Shown: positions 63,559 to 64,000 of the stretch, piece after piece
How the letters are laid out: every line of letters begins with the position of its first letter
Position numbering within the stretch: position 1 is the first letter of the stretch
Source: Paraspadella gotoi
Lineage: Eukaryota > Animalia > Chaetognatha
DNA: 64,000 bases
Direction of reading: 5' to 3'
Assembly (NCBI GenBank): GCA_051294375.1
Contig: CM119266.1
Location: 2,546,191 to 2,610,190, forward strand
Made by a program: the position numbers and the translations under genes
Notes under the pieces: generated by a model
Databases searched by the model: none
Seen by the model: the letters and a program-made list of their open reading frames with translations, nothing else
What the model was told of the DNA's origin: nothing

Positions 63559-64000
63559 TATGTCACTATATATTAGATTAAATAATATTCTTTATACAAA
63601 GTATATTCCTTTATAATATAATGGGGAGAGGGATGTTAGTGTTGTCTTCTGGAAATAGAGGAAGCATGTATGCAAGAAATAGTTTATTATTTATTTATTT
63701 TGCGCTTTAAAAATCAGCCACTTTTATCGTATCACAGAAACGCATTGAAATCTTTTAACTTCTTGGCATTCCGCCTTCGGGGAAACTCCCAAGTTTTGAC
63801 ATTTAATCATTTTTTATTCCAAATTAAAAGTGACCAAAAATAAAAAAGTAAAAGGAAATTTTATTATGGGGAAAAATCAGAGCAGAAGTGTTTGACTTTT
63901 CATAGTTAAAAGAAGGAAATAAAAGTTAAGAACTTCGTCTCAGCTGGACGGAGTTTCTTGGATCTGGTTGTCGGTTGTCGGTTATCGGCACTCGGTTGTC

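Overview
AT-rich, GA/CT-microsatellite-rich eukaryotic (very probably invertebrate animal) genomic DNA from a gapped assembly that appears partly filled with noisy long reads. Left third: an apparently intact CsRn1-clade Ty3/Gypsy LTR retrotransposon (4862-11207, minus) with a clear -1 frameshift signal, a small TRIM-type element with tRNA-like LTRs, a segment duplicated across a 25-N gap, and a non-autonomous hAT element whose empty site is also in the window. From 28639 a kinesin-3 gene (KIF28/KLP-6-like) runs on the plus strand in five motor-domain exons and continues beyond the window. Its 28.6-kb first coding intron hosts the most striking feature: a two-exon, ~1211-aa gene with HEPN(RxxxxH)-NACHT-Kelch architecture (an NLR-like STAND protein with a putative RNase effector and a beta-propeller instead of LRRs). 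That gene lies in one arm of a ~8.4-kb inverted duplication; the mirror copy is riddled with 1-bp indels and carries an extra LTR element. tRNA-like Pol III promoter modules recur in several unrelated mobile elements. All calls come from reading the sequence by eye; no searches were run.
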